A stretch of DNA of 35,663 bases from the IMG/VR virus record IMGVR_UViG_3300048998_000032, positions 1 through 35,663 of that record. One strand, 5' to 3'. A model generated the notes under the pieces. That model made no database searches and was not told where the DNA came from. It saw only the letters and a program-made list of their open reading frames with translations. Both the position numbers and the translations under genes were made by a program. Numbering within the stretch: the first letter of the stretch is position 1; every line of letters begins with the position of its first letter. Positions 16,661-25,015 of this stretch are shown piece by piece. The stretch is from a virus. Taxonomy: Duplodnaviria; Caudoviricetes.

Positions 16661-17611
16661 ATGGCAATCAAGCCTCCGCCCAAGACCGTAACGCCCACGC
16701 CGGTCAAGCCCCCGAAGACCACGTGGCCTAAAGAGCACAAGATAAAGACTCCTCCTGGTACTGGCAAGACCAAGGACGACCCGTATGGTGGCCTAACAGG
16801 CGATGACAGGGACGCCGCTGTAGCTCTGACCAACATGTTCAACAGCTACGATCTCGGCTCCCTCTCGGGAACCATTATCAAGTACATCCAGAACGGCTAC
16901 TCCGCTGATACGATCAGCATTCTACTTCAGGATACACCGGCGTACAAGCAGCGCTTCGCTGCCAACACCGCCCGCCTGAAGGCTGGCCTTCCTGTTCTCA
17001 GCCCTGCTGAGTACATTAGCACGGAGCGCTCGTACCGTCAAGTCATGCAGTCGGCCGGTCTTCCGATCGGTTTCTATGACCAGACCTCTGACTTCCAGAA
17101 GTTCCTTGAGTCGGACGTGAGTCCGACCGAGGTGCAGTCCCGCGTAGCTACCGTATCAGAAGCCATCAACAAGGCTCCTGCGGCTACCAAAGACTACTTC
17201 AAGCAGTGGTACAGTACGGGCGATATGATCGCCTATGCGCTCGATCCCACCAAGGCAGCTCCTCTGATTGACGAGAAGATCAAGTCCGCCGAGGCGGCCG
17301 CTCTGGCCCAACAGCAGGGCTTCAATCTGTCTCGACAGAACGCAGAGCTTATCGGTAACACCGGAGCAACCCTGGACAACATCCAGGCTGGCATCGGCAC
17401 CGTGGGCGGTGACCTCGCCAACGCAACCAAGCTGGCTGGGATCTATGGCGTGGACTACAGCGAAGACGATCTGGTCAAGGAAGTATTCACGAACGACGCC
17501 GCTGCTACAAACAAGCGCAAGGGCCTTGCCTCGCAAGAGCGAGCCACCTTCGCTGGTGGAACCGGTCAGACGACCGGCTCACTCTCTAAGAATGGAGCTG
17601 GTTCGATCTAA
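16661..17611 (+). CDS. putative internal virion protein, 316 aa, P/K/T-rich N-terminus
   Basis: AGGAG RBS; helical A-rich C-terminal half. Confidence 0.7.
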   Translation: MAIKPPPKTVTPTPVKPPKTTWPKEHKIKTPPGTGKTKDDPYGGLTGDDRDAAVALTNMFNSYDLGSLSGTIIKYIQNGYSADTISILLQDTPAYKQRFAANTARLKAGLPVLSPAEYISTERSYRQVMQSAGLPIGFYDQTSDFQKFLESDVSPTEVQSRVATVSEAINKAPAATKDYFKQWYSTGDMIAYALDPTKAAPLIDEKIKSAEAAALAQQQGFNLSRQNAELIGNTGATLDNIQAGIGTVGGDLANATKLAGIYGVDYSEDDLVKEVFTNDAAATNKRKGLASQERATFAGGTGQTTGSLSKNGAGSI

Positions 17612-17673
17612 TGGGTATTCTCATCGTGGTCATCGTGGCTATCGTCATCCTCCTGGCTGTCGGTACCCTGTAA
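17611..17673 (+). CDS. 20-aa single-pass membrane peptide (MGILIVVIVAIVILLAVGTL)
   Basis: TAATG coupling to the upstream gene; no charged residues; phage-preferred codons (ATC/GTC/CTG). Confidence 0.5.
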   Translation: MGILIVVIVAIVILLAVGTL

Positions 17674-17710
17674 CACAATGGTACACGTTCTTCTAGGAAT
17701 GTGTACCCAT

Positions 17711-17782
17711 CGCGGGATGGTGTAAAGGAAACACACCTGGCTCATAACCAGGATGATATGGGTTCGAGTCCCATTCCCGCCA
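17711..17782 (+). tRNA. tRNA with anticodon CAU (Met; initiator, elongator or Ile2 identity unresolved)
   Basis: acceptor GCGGGA/TCCCGC with C1:C72 mismatch, D-stem GTGT/ACAC, anticodon arm CCTGG-CTCATAA-CCAGG, T arm ATGGG-TTCGAGT-CCCAT; CCA not encoded. Confidence 0.9.
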
Positions 17783-17783
17783 C

Positions 17784-17854
17784 GGGTTGCAAGTGTTACG
17801 GTAGCACTTCGGTCTCCAAAACCGACAGCCGAGGTTCGACTCCTCGGCAGCCCG
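17784..17854 (+). tRNA. tRNA-Trp (CCA)
   Basis: acceptor GGGTTGC/GCAGCCC, G73, anticodon arm TCGGT-CTCCAAA-ACCGA, T arm CGAGG-TTCGACT-CCTCG; 3' CCA not encoded. Confidence 0.92.
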
Positions 17855-17858
17855 CACC

Positions 17859-17966
17859 GATCCGGATCAACCGGCCCCGGGATCGCGTACAAGCACCGGT
17901 AGCAAGAGCTAGGCCAGGTCCCCCGCCTGCAACCTACGGCTTGCGCACTAACCTAACACATGGGAG
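17859..17966 (+). promoter_or_regulatory. structured leader (possible pseudoknot) upstream of the scaffold gene
   Basis: GATCCGG/CCGGGATC stem whose loop ACCGG can pair with downstream CCGGT; long GCAAG..CTTGC hairpin whose TCCCCC loop is complementary to the GGGAG RBS. Confidence 0.5.
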
Positions 17967-17973
17967 TAGCAAC

Positions 17974-18489
17974 ATGGCTGACTGGGACGACGACGACAAC
18001 TTCGAGGACGGCACCGAGCTGGTTAAGCAGCTTCGGAAGCAGCTCAAGGAGAAGACCGCAGCACTCAAGGAACGCGAGGAGCGCCTCGCTGAGCTTGAGC
18101 CGCAGGTTAGGGCTAACAGCCTTACGTCAATCCTGTCGGAACTGAACGTCAAGGACCCTCGGGTCGCTAGGCTTATGCCGAAGGAGATCGACGTGACAAA
18201 GGAAAACGTCGAATCGTGGCTGGGTGAGTATGGTGACCTGTTCAATATCAAGACCGGAGAGACCGAAGGCGCTGAGAGCGCTTCGGCCACGACTGATACT
18301 ACGAACACCGGGTCTACTGAACAGCAGGACTGGCAGCGATTCCAGGCCCAGTCGCAGGCGGCCGGTGCCGCCGCACCTGACACCGAGAGCAATCAGATCG
18401 CCATGCTTCAGCGGGCGAACGAGGCTAGCGGTGGCAATGTAGACAAATATTTTGCCATGCTTCGTGGTGAGATCCCGATCCCGAATTAA
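17974..18489 (+). CDS. capsid scaffolding protein
   Basis: start moved to ATG 17974 after GGGAG; acidic N-terminus (MADWDDDDNFED) then coiled coil; directly before the capsid gene. Confidence 0.85.
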   Translation: MADWDDDDNFEDGTELVKQLRKQLKEKTAALKEREERLAELEPQVRANSLTSILSELNVKDPRVARLMPKEIDVTKENVESWLGEYGDLFNIKTGETEGAESASATTDTTNTGSTEQQDWQRFQAQSQAAGAAAPDTESNQIAMLQRANEASGGNVDKYFAMLRGEIPIPN

Positions 18490-18498
18490 GGTTGATAA

Positions 18499-19473
18499 GT
18501 GGTTAATCAGCTTACCAGCATTGCGACGACTCCTGGTCTGGCGGATAACACCGTCAAGACCATGTATGACTTCGCAATCAACAAGGTCTTCCGTGAGACC
18601 CCGATGTTCCGTACCTGGGTGGACAAGCGTCCCGAGCAGGTCAACGGGCCGGGTCAGACTATCCAGCTCTCGAAGTACCAGTATTTCGACAGCACGACCG
18701 TGACTGCGGCTAAGACGCCGCTGAACGAAGAGACCGACGTGGACAGCACCAAGCTGCCCGCGACCCTGACCGTCAACCTGACGGTCAACGAGTACGGTGC
18801 CGCCGTTACCCGGACCAAGAAGCTTGCCTACTTCAGCTTTGCTGACGTGGACACTGCTGCGGCGATGACCATTGGCGCTCACCTGAGCGACGTGATGGAC
18901 GAGCTGGTCCAGGACTTCCTGGTGACTGGTACCCAGATCCTGCGTGCGCAGGACCGGGTGTCTACCGTGACCGTTACCTCCACCGACCTCCTGCGGGCTG
19001 TCGATGTTCGTAAGGCTGCGACCTGGCTGAAGGCCAACAAGGTCCCGACCTACGGTGGCGGCTTCTACGCGGCGGGTATCCACCCGCACGTCCTGCACGA
19101 TCTGCGCCAGGAGACTGGCTCGGGTTCGTGGCGGGTGCCGAAGGAATACGGCACCGACCAGAGTGACATCTGGTCTGGTGAGTTCGGTGAGTTCGAGGGT
19201 GTTCGGTTCGTCTCGAACACTCGTACTCGTACCGCTCTGGATGGTGCGTCCTCGGGTAAGGTCTACCGGACCTTCATCCTGGGCCGTGAAGCCATCGCGG
19301 AGAAGGTTGTCGAGGAGCCGGGCGTTGTGCTTGGCCCGGTGGTTGACAAGCTTCAGCGGTTCCGTACTATCGGTTGGTACGGCGTGCTGGGCTGGGCTCT
19401 GTACCGTAACGAGTCCCTGGTCCGCATCGAGTCGGCTTCGTCCGTCCCGACGCTTCAGACTGGTACCCCGTAA
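18499..19473 (+). CDS. major capsid protein (HK97 fold)
   Basis: 324 aa after the scaffold; LTVNEYG, YAAGIHP..LHDLR, GEFGEFEGVRFV, DKLQRFRTIGWYG; strong codon bias; followed by a terminator. Confidence 0.92.
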   Translation: MVNQLTSIATTPGLADNTVKTMYDFAINKVFRETPMFRTWVDKRPEQVNGPGQTIQLSKYQYFDSTTVTAAKTPLNEETDVDSTKLPATLTVNLTVNEYGAAVTRTKKLAYFSFADVDTAAAMTIGAHLSDVMDELVQDFLVTGTQILRAQDRVSTVTVTSTDLLRAVDVRKAATWLKANKVPTYGGGFYAAGIHPHVLHDLRQETGSGSWRVPKEYGTDQSDIWSGEFGEFEGVRFVSNTRTRTALDGASSGKVYRTFILGREAIAEKVVEEPGVVLGPVVDKLQRFRTIGWYGVLGWALYRNESLVRIESASSVPTLQTGTP

Positions 19474-19484
19474 TTAGTTGAGTA

Positions 19485-19518
19485 GGAGGGGCGGCTACGG
19501 TCGCCCCTCCCTCTTCTT
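19485..19518 (+). terminator. intrinsic terminator after the capsid gene
   Basis: GGAGGGGCGGC-TACG-GTCGCCCCTCC followed by CTCTTCTT. Confidence 0.8.
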
Positions 19519-19529
19519 GAGGAGAACCG

Positions 19530-19637
19530 ATGCAGACTATGTACATCGAGATCACCGCCGACATTCAGGCGACGGCGACTCATCCGGAGAATCTTACCGA
19601 AGAGGAACGTCGGTTCCTTGAAGAAGGGTCTAAGTAA
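19530..19637 (+). CDS. small protein, 35 aa (MQTMYIEITADIQATATHPENLTEEERRFLEEGSK)
   Basis: not in the ORF track; GAGGAG RBS; TAATG coupling to 19637. Confidence 0.65.
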   Translation: MQTMYIEITADIQATATHPENLTEEERRFLEEGSK

Positions 19638-20011
19638 TGACCGCAGGTATTAGCTCTGCTCAGATTGCAGAGTATCACAACCGCAAGCGGGCTACCGCTG
19701 CTGCGGCGTACACCCCTTACATTCAGCTTCACACCGCCGACCCTGGTGCCGCTGGCACCACTGCCGTTAGCGCTGTTACTACTCGGAACCTGGCTACCTT
19801 CGCTGCTCCGTCCGGTGCTTCTAGCACCGCGACCACCAGCGCCTGGTCGATGACCACGACCGAGACCATCACACACATCAGCATCTGGGATGCTTCGACC
19901 GCTGGTAACTTCAAGGAGTCCTGGGCGCTGAGCGCCGGTGTTCCTGTCGTGTCTGGTTCTACCTTCTCGTTCACCGCCTTCACGCTGACCTTTGGTCCGC
20001 TCGCTGCCTAA
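19637..20011 (+). CDS. minor virion/fibre-associated protein, 124 aa
   Basis: YIQLHTADPG and ITHISIWDA.TAGNF motifs typical of a small beta-rich phage structural family. Confidence 0.75.
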   Translation: MTAGISSAQIAEYHNRKRATAAAAYTPYIQLHTADPGAAGTTAVSAVTTRNLATFAAPSGASSTATTSAWSMTTTETITHISIWDASTAGNFKESWALSAGVPVVSGSTFSFTAFTLTFGPLAA

Positions 20012-20020
20012 GGGGCTTAG

Positions 20021-20314
20021 TTGATCCTCAACAATGTAGGAATCAACTGGATCGTTGATCCGGAGAATACCGACCGAATGTCGCTTGAGGTTGCCAATAA
20101 TTCCGGTGGAACCATCTGGTGGTTCACCGCCCTGATGAGTGGTACTGGACCCATCCAGTACAACAACCCAGCGGGGATTGCTGATGGCGAGACGGTTCAC
20201 CTTAGTGGCCGGTGGCCGCAGTTCGCTGCGGACCACCCGGTTGAATCAATGACCTTCGTCTGGTACAACCAGGAGAACGCTTCGCTATCCACCCAACAGG
20301 GCAACACCAAGTAA
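20021..20314 (+). CDS. hypothetical protein, 97 aa
   Basis: AAGGGG RBS, TTG start, fills the gap. Confidence 0.65.
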   Translation: MILNNVGINWIVDPENTDRMSLEVANNSGGTIWWFTALMSGTGPIQYNNPAGIADGETVHLSGRWPQFAADHPVESMTFVWYNQENASLSTQQGNTK

Positions 20315-20327
20315 CTAGGAGGTAGTC

Positions 20328-21815
20328 GTGACTACGCTTCAGGCGACTACCGACTTCACTGGCACAGATGGTGCAGCGTTTCCGACTGCGATGAATGGCG
20401 CGGTCAGCGGTGCCCTGGTGGGCACCAGGCTGATCAAGTCTAACACTGGTGAGTTCACCGTTGGCTCTGTCAACGGTAACTTCGGTGGTAACGACCGAGC
20501 GTCGGCTAACACCGCTCTGGCTAATACTACCACGGATGCCGTGGTCAGGGTCAAGTTCAGATTCATGAACACGGCCAGTGGAGGCGTTAACGCCACCAAG
20601 GACACTCTGTATCCTAGCGTGTGGGTTCGTGCCAACAGCACGATGGACTCGGCGTCCGGCTACAAGGTCGAGCTAGATCCTTTTACTACGAACTATGACG
20701 TTGCCAGGGTCCAGGCGTATGGTGGTACCAACTCCCTGGACTTTGGCACCGGTACCTTTGCCACTACAGTTGGTACCTGGTACTGGATTGTCTTCGGTGT
20801 CGTAGGTACTGCCATCAAGTTCATGATCTGGCAGGATGGTACACCACAGCCTGCTACCTGGCAGGCTCAGTATACCGACACCTTCATCACTGCTGGCTCG
20901 GTTGGTATCCAGGCTGGTAAGGCCGATGTCAACGGTGCGAAGATGCAGTGGGATGATCTCACTGTCTACTCCACGTTTGCAGAAGCCCTTCAGTTTACCG
21001 GAACTGTTGCTGGTACAGCAACTGGTTCTAGCGCCATTACAGGCCAGTCCGGTCGCAGGGGAACGGTAGCTGCTACAGCTACGGCCTCCGCTACGATCAC
21101 CGGAGCCATAAGCTCCGGGTCTGTTTCTGGTACTGCTACAGCAAGCGCTGTGATCACCGGTCAGTCTAACCGACTAGGGACCGTGAGCGGCTCTGTAACG
21201 GCCTCTAGTACCCTCACTGGTACATCTGGTCGCGTAGGCACCGTTAGTGCCACAGCGACCGGCACAGCGTCTCTGAGCGGCATTACTGGGTACCGTGGAA
21301 CCGTCACCGGTACAGCAACCGCATCAGCCAGCATCTCTGGACTTGATGCGATCCTGATCTATGGATCTGTATCTGGTACAGCGACTGCTTCGGCGGCCAT
21401 CTCTGGCTCGCCAGATAATCTGGGATCTGTCATTGGCGAGGCTATCGCCTCGGCGGAGATCCGTGGTGGGGTTGGTCTGTACTTTACGCCACCCTCATAC
21501 AAGCAACACCCACGGGACAGGCACCCACTGATTGCTCGGACCTACATCGTCGTGGGTGTAACGCTACTTAAGTTCGGGTCTTCGTACAGGACGTACATCG
21601 ACACGGACCCCGAGCTGATTGCCCAGGCTGACAAGACCTACCTGGGTGGTCACCTCTACTTCGTTGACTTCAGTGAAGTGGAAGAACTTAGGAACGCTGG
21701 CTATGGCCAGTGGCTCTCCGAAACCTATCCCACGTCCGGCAGCGGCAACTACCAGGTTATTGACTACTCGCAATACGGCGCCGGTATCTTCGGTACCGGA
21801 CCATTTGGAGCATAA
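20328..21815 (+). CDS. fibre-like virion protein: N-terminal beta-sandwich, ~20-aa repeats, C-terminal domain
   Basis: AGGAGG RBS; lectin-like beta-rich N-terminus; about eight GTVxGTATASxxIxG repeats. Confidence 0.75.
   Translation: MTTLQATTDFTGTDGAAFPTAMNGAVSGALVGTRLIKSNTGEFTVGSVNGNFGGNDRASANTALANTTTDAVVRVKFRFMNTASGGVNATKDTLYPSVWVRANSTMDSASGYKVELDPFTTNYDVARVQAYGGTNSLDFGTGTFATTVGTWYWIVFGVVGTAIKFMIWQDGTPQPATWQAQYTDTFITAGSVGIQAGKADVNGAKMQWDDLTVYSTFAEALQFTGTVAGTATGSSAITGQSGRRGTVAATATASATITGAISSGSVSGTATASAVITGQSNRLGTVSGSVTASSTLTGTSGRVGTVSATATGTASLSGITGYRGTVTGTATASASISGLDAILIYGSVSGTATASAAISGSPDNLGSVIGEAIASAEIRGGVGLYFTPPSYKQHPRDRHPLIARTYIVVGVTLLKFGSSYRTYIDTDPELIAQADKTYLGGHLYFVDFSEVEELRNAGYGQWLSETYPTSGSGNYQVIDYSQYGAGIFGTGPFGA
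20994..21468 (+). repeat. about 8 degenerate ~60-bp coding repeats
   Basis: GTVAGTATGSSAITG / GTVAATATASATITG / GSVSGTATASAVITG / GTVSGSVTASSTLTG / GTVSATATGTASLSG / GTVTGTATASASISG / GSVSGTATASAAISG / GSVIGEAIASAEIRG. Confidence 0.8.
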
Positions 21816-23635
21816 TGACAGACGGTCTCAACCTACCAGATCCAGATTCCACCCTAGATGTCTGGGGCGACCAGCTTAACGATGCCATCGAACTTGTCAA
21901 CGACAAGGTAGGGCAGGCCGAAGCTAGGATTGATGCCCTCGAAGCTAGCTCGGGAAGTACCGTTGGTACTGTCCCGCTGGCTATGCTGGGTGCGATTAAT
22001 GGCGTGGCTACTCTCGATGGTGGAGGTCAGATTCCCCTGTCTCAGACAGGGAACATCTCGCCTACCAGCATCGGTGCGGCCAACCTTCAGCATCAGCACA
22101 CTCTGGCCGATATCCCCGACATTGCCCGAACGCTGCGAGGAACTCCGGCGTTCATCATCTACAATACCACGACCAGCCAGTGGCCTACCTCTCGGGCTTC
22201 TGTGACTACCGACGTTCTGCGTCCGGTTATCTGGTTCGGTGGGACGGCCCTTCCGGCCGACGCTATCCCTGCGGTTGACGCTTGGATCAAGACTGACGCC
22301 AATCAGCTTGTAGTTACTGCGGCTGGGGCGGGGACCACAACCCCGCCTCCGTCCAGTGGAACTATTACGCTAGCCGCTCCGAGCGTTACGGTCAATGGGT
22401 CGGCGTACAATATCTCGGCCCTGTTCACCAACGGCAGTACGGCCAAGACGTTCACGTACATCCAGCTCGCGGTGCGCGGTCCGGGCGGAAGCCCGAACGC
22501 GGACACGGGATACAACAACAACGTCACCCTTGCGGCTGGTGCAACCCTTACCCTGACGGGTTCGGGCAACGCTACCGCTACTGGTGCGTGGACCGTTCGT
22601 ATCTCGTACAGTGCCGATGGCACTACGTGGGTTGATGGCCCGACTACGACCTTCACGATCGCTTCGCTGGGTGGAGGCACCACGCCTCCTCCTGCTGGTG
22701 ACACCGGGTCTCGCACCATCCCGCTGATCGGTCGTAGTGGTCTGGCCTGGAACTCCGGCGTGTTCCGTAACGCCGGTAGCCTTACTTCGGCTAACGAGTT
22801 CGCTGCGTTCCGTGGTCGTCCTCTGGACTCTATCACGTACTTCACCGGACGTACCAACCAGACGGACTTCAACCAGCTTCGCTCGGACCTGAACTCCTGG
22901 CCTGGCTACCGGATCATCTGTGTTCCTTCGCAGGTTGCCTCCCGAGGCAACTACGGCACCAACTCTAGCGACCAGGCATTCTGGGCTAACTGGGGTACGC
23001 TGGCGAAGAACCAGGGATGGAACGATGGACGAACCATTGTCCGCCTGAACTGGGAAGCCAACGGCGACTGGTATCCGTGGGCTTGGGTTAACGGTGGAGC
23101 TAGCCTCTTCGTTACCACGTACATGAACACGGTGAACGCCATCCGGAGCACCGCTCCTAAGATGCTGTTCAACCTTACCATGAACCGGAACAACGTCAAC
23201 GGCGGGGTTAACTGGAAGACTCAGATCTACCAGCCGCTGCTGAACCACTTCGACATCATCGGGCTGGACAGCTACGACGACTGGCCCAACCAGTCTACGG
23301 ACTCTGGCTTCACCTCAGCGCTAGCTAACGACCCAGGCTTCACCTCGATCGCAGCGTTCTGCCGTGCCAACGGTAAGATGATGTGGTTCGATGAGTGGGG
23401 TCCGTCGCACCGGCCGGATGCCGGTAGCGCTGCTGGTGGAGATGACCCGTACTACATCAGCCGGATGTATCAGCTCATGGCGGCCAACGCCGACGTGGTT
23501 GCTGGTGAGACGTTCTACGAGGACCGTGGCACCAACGGCCAGGACGGTAACCTGATGGCTGACGACAAGGGAGCTTCGCGCAACCCTAACAGCATCATCG
23601 AATACCGCAAGACTACTCGATGGGGTAACCAGTAA
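21815..23635 (+). CDS. tail spike/fibre with C-terminal GH26-like glycoside hydrolase
   Basis: N-terminal WGDQLN plus coiled coil, NGVATLD.GG fibre motif, Ig-like domain between TTPPP linkers, then VRLNWEANGDWYPW, DIIGLDSYD, WFDEWG. Confidence 0.82.
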   Translation: MTDGLNLPDPDSTLDVWGDQLNDAIELVNDKVGQAEARIDALEASSGSTVGTVPLAMLGAINGVATLDGGGQIPLSQTGNISPTSIGAANLQHQHTLADIPDIARTLRGTPAFIIYNTTTSQWPTSRASVTTDVLRPVIWFGGTALPADAIPAVDAWIKTDANQLVVTAAGAGTTTPPPSSGTITLAAPSVTVNGSAYNISALFTNGSTAKTFTYIQLAVRGPGGSPNADTGYNNNVTLAAGATLTLTGSGNATATGAWTVRISYSADGTTWVDGPTTTFTIASLGGGTTPPPAGDTGSRTIPLIGRSGLAWNSGVFRNAGSLTSANEFAAFRGRPLDSITYFTGRTNQTDFNQLRSDLNSWPGYRIICVPSQVASRGNYGTNSSDQAFWANWGTLAKNQGWNDGRTIVRLNWEANGDWYPWAWVNGGASLFVTTYMNTVNAIRSTAPKMLFNLTMNRNNVNGGVNWKTQIYQPLLNHFDIIGLDSYDDWPNQSTDSGFTSALANDPGFTSIAAFCRANGKMMWFDEWGPSHRPDAGSAAGGDDPYYISRMYQLMAANADVVAGETFYEDRGTNGQDGNLMADDKGASRNPNSIIEYRKTTRWGNQ

Positions 23636-23636
23636 G

Positions 23637-24317
23637 ATGAGTACATCCCAGAACGGATGGCCCGCGTACAACGACACGAAGAAGTTCGTTCGTGGTACTG
23701 CTGCGGGCTTCGGCTTCTGGGCTGCGAACGATGACGTGCGCGTCATCTTCGAGGATCTGGTCGGGTGGTTCAACAGAGTCGTTGAACCCCTGGCCGGTAA
23801 AGTCCTGGACGACTGGTCCTGGGCTAACCGGAATGTTCGCGGCTCAGACACTCAGGTGTCTAACCACGCGAGTGCGACAGCTATTGACCTGAATGCCCTC
23901 AAGCATCCACGTGGTGTAAAGAATACCTACACCAAGACTCAGCGCGCTGCTATCGACAGGCAGCTCGCCTACTACGAAGGCACCGTCCGGGCGGGTAAGG
24001 ATTACGTCAACTCGCCCGAGGATGACATGCACTTCGAGATCAACTCCGGCAAGATCGCGGTCAAGCATGTGGCCGACAAAATTCGCGCCAAGCTTAAAGC
24101 GCAGGAGGCTTTAATGGCTAAGCTCGACAAGGACGACATCAAGGCTATCGCCGAAGCGGTATGGACTATTGATATTGTCCCCAATGAGAATGCTCCGGAG
24201 GGTTCCAAGAACCCGACATGGACTCCTCGTAGTATGATCTCTGACATCGAGAATACTCAGGACAGCCACACGGAAATACTCAATCAAATCCTAGCTAAAC
24301 TGTCCGGTTCTAAATAA
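23637..24317 (+). CDS. endolysin, M15-family zinc peptidase
   Basis: SQNGWPA start, R..RG...SNHASATAIDLN (SxHxxxxAxD), DDMHFE; followed by membrane-protein genes. Confidence 0.88.
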   Translation: MSTSQNGWPAYNDTKKFVRGTAAGFGFWAANDDVRVIFEDLVGWFNRVVEPLAGKVLDDWSWANRNVRGSDTQVSNHASATAIDLNALKHPRGVKNTYTKTQRAAIDRQLAYYEGTVRAGKDYVNSPEDDMHFEINSGKIAVKHVADKIRAKLKAQEALMAKLDKDDIKAIAEAVWTIDIVPNENAPEGSKNPTWTPRSMISDIENTQDSHTEILNQILAKLSGSK

Positions 24318-24330
24318 CACGAGGTAGGAA

Positions 24331-24555
24331 ATGAGTATCCCATGGGAAAGTCTGGCATCAATAGGACCTTGGGGACTCGTTACCCTATTCGTGATCCTGA
24401 TCTTTTTTGGATTCCTGGTCCCAGGAAAACAAGTGAAGGAATGGAAGGACCTATATCTCCGAGAGAGGGAATCTCGGGAGGATATGCAGGGTCTCATGGG
24501 CCTTCTACGGAAGGCTCTGGACGCACTACCTCCCCTCAACAGGGAGGAAGAATAG
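24331..24555 (+). CDS. membrane protein (lysis cassette), 74 aa
   Basis: one TM segment (GLVTLFVILIFFGFLVP) then a charged helix. Confidence 0.75.
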   Translation: MSIPWESLASIGPWGLVTLFVILIFFGFLVPGKQVKEWKDLYLRERESREDMQGLMGLLRKALDALPPLNREEE

Positions 24556-24737
24556 TGAATTGGCTTTCCATCCTTACGCCTCTGACCAGCAGCAAGGAGC
24601 TTGCTGAGGCTAAGCGCGCAACGGAGGCAGGTCAAGAAGAAGTAAAAGAATTGACTCGTGAGCTACGAAAGATTGACGAGGAAAATCACATCGCGGCTAA
24701 GATACACGCTGCTTTTCGAGGAGAACAATGGAACTGA
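24555..24737 (+). CDS. small coiled-coil protein in the lysis cassette, 60 aa
   Basis: start moved to GTG 24555 (TAGTG overlap, GGAGG RBS). Confidence 0.7.
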   Translation: MNWLSILTPLTSSKELAEAKRATEAGQEEVKELTRELRKIDEENHIAAKIHAAFRGEQWN

Positions 24738-25015
24738 ACATCCTCGGGAACTGGCTCCTCGTTATAGCTATGATTCCCGCAGTGCTGTCGGTGCTAGTTT
24801 ACTCTAGGGTAAAGTGGTACCGATCCCAGGCTGGAATCCATCTTATGACGTACATGGCCGCAATAGCAAGTGTCTTGCTTCTCGGGGTATTGCGCATAGT
24901 GATTGCTGACTCTGAGGTATTCTACCTCATAAGAGTGTTGGCATACATTGCCGTTGTTATAGTTCTATGGTGGAGGCTCAGCTTCCTCATCAAATCCTAC
25001 AGAGAGAAGGACTAA
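24728..25015 (+). CDS. putative holin, 3 TM segments
   Basis: GAGGAG RBS; three hydrophobic segments and a charged C-terminus. Confidence 0.7.
   Translation: MELNILGNWLLVIAMIPAVLSVLVYSRVKWYRSQAGIHLMTYMAAIASVLLLGVLRIVIADSEVFYLIRVLAYIAVVIVLWWRLSFLIKSYREKD

Noticed and set aside
17660-17708. possible third tRNA (TAACACAATGGTA resembles a D-arm; hairpin with CTA in the loop)
   Set aside because: No T arm or acceptor stem; just an 11-bp hairpin GGTACACGTTC/GAATGTGTACC, perhaps a processing signal.
17701-17973. N-terminal 91 aa of track ORF 17701-18489
   Set aside because: Overlaps two tRNAs and the structured leader; the start with an SD is 17974.
19440-19530. programmed frameshift or read-through extension of the capsid protein
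   Set aside because: Tandem stops (TAA TTA GTT GAG TAG) and a strong terminator follow; no slippery heptamer seen.
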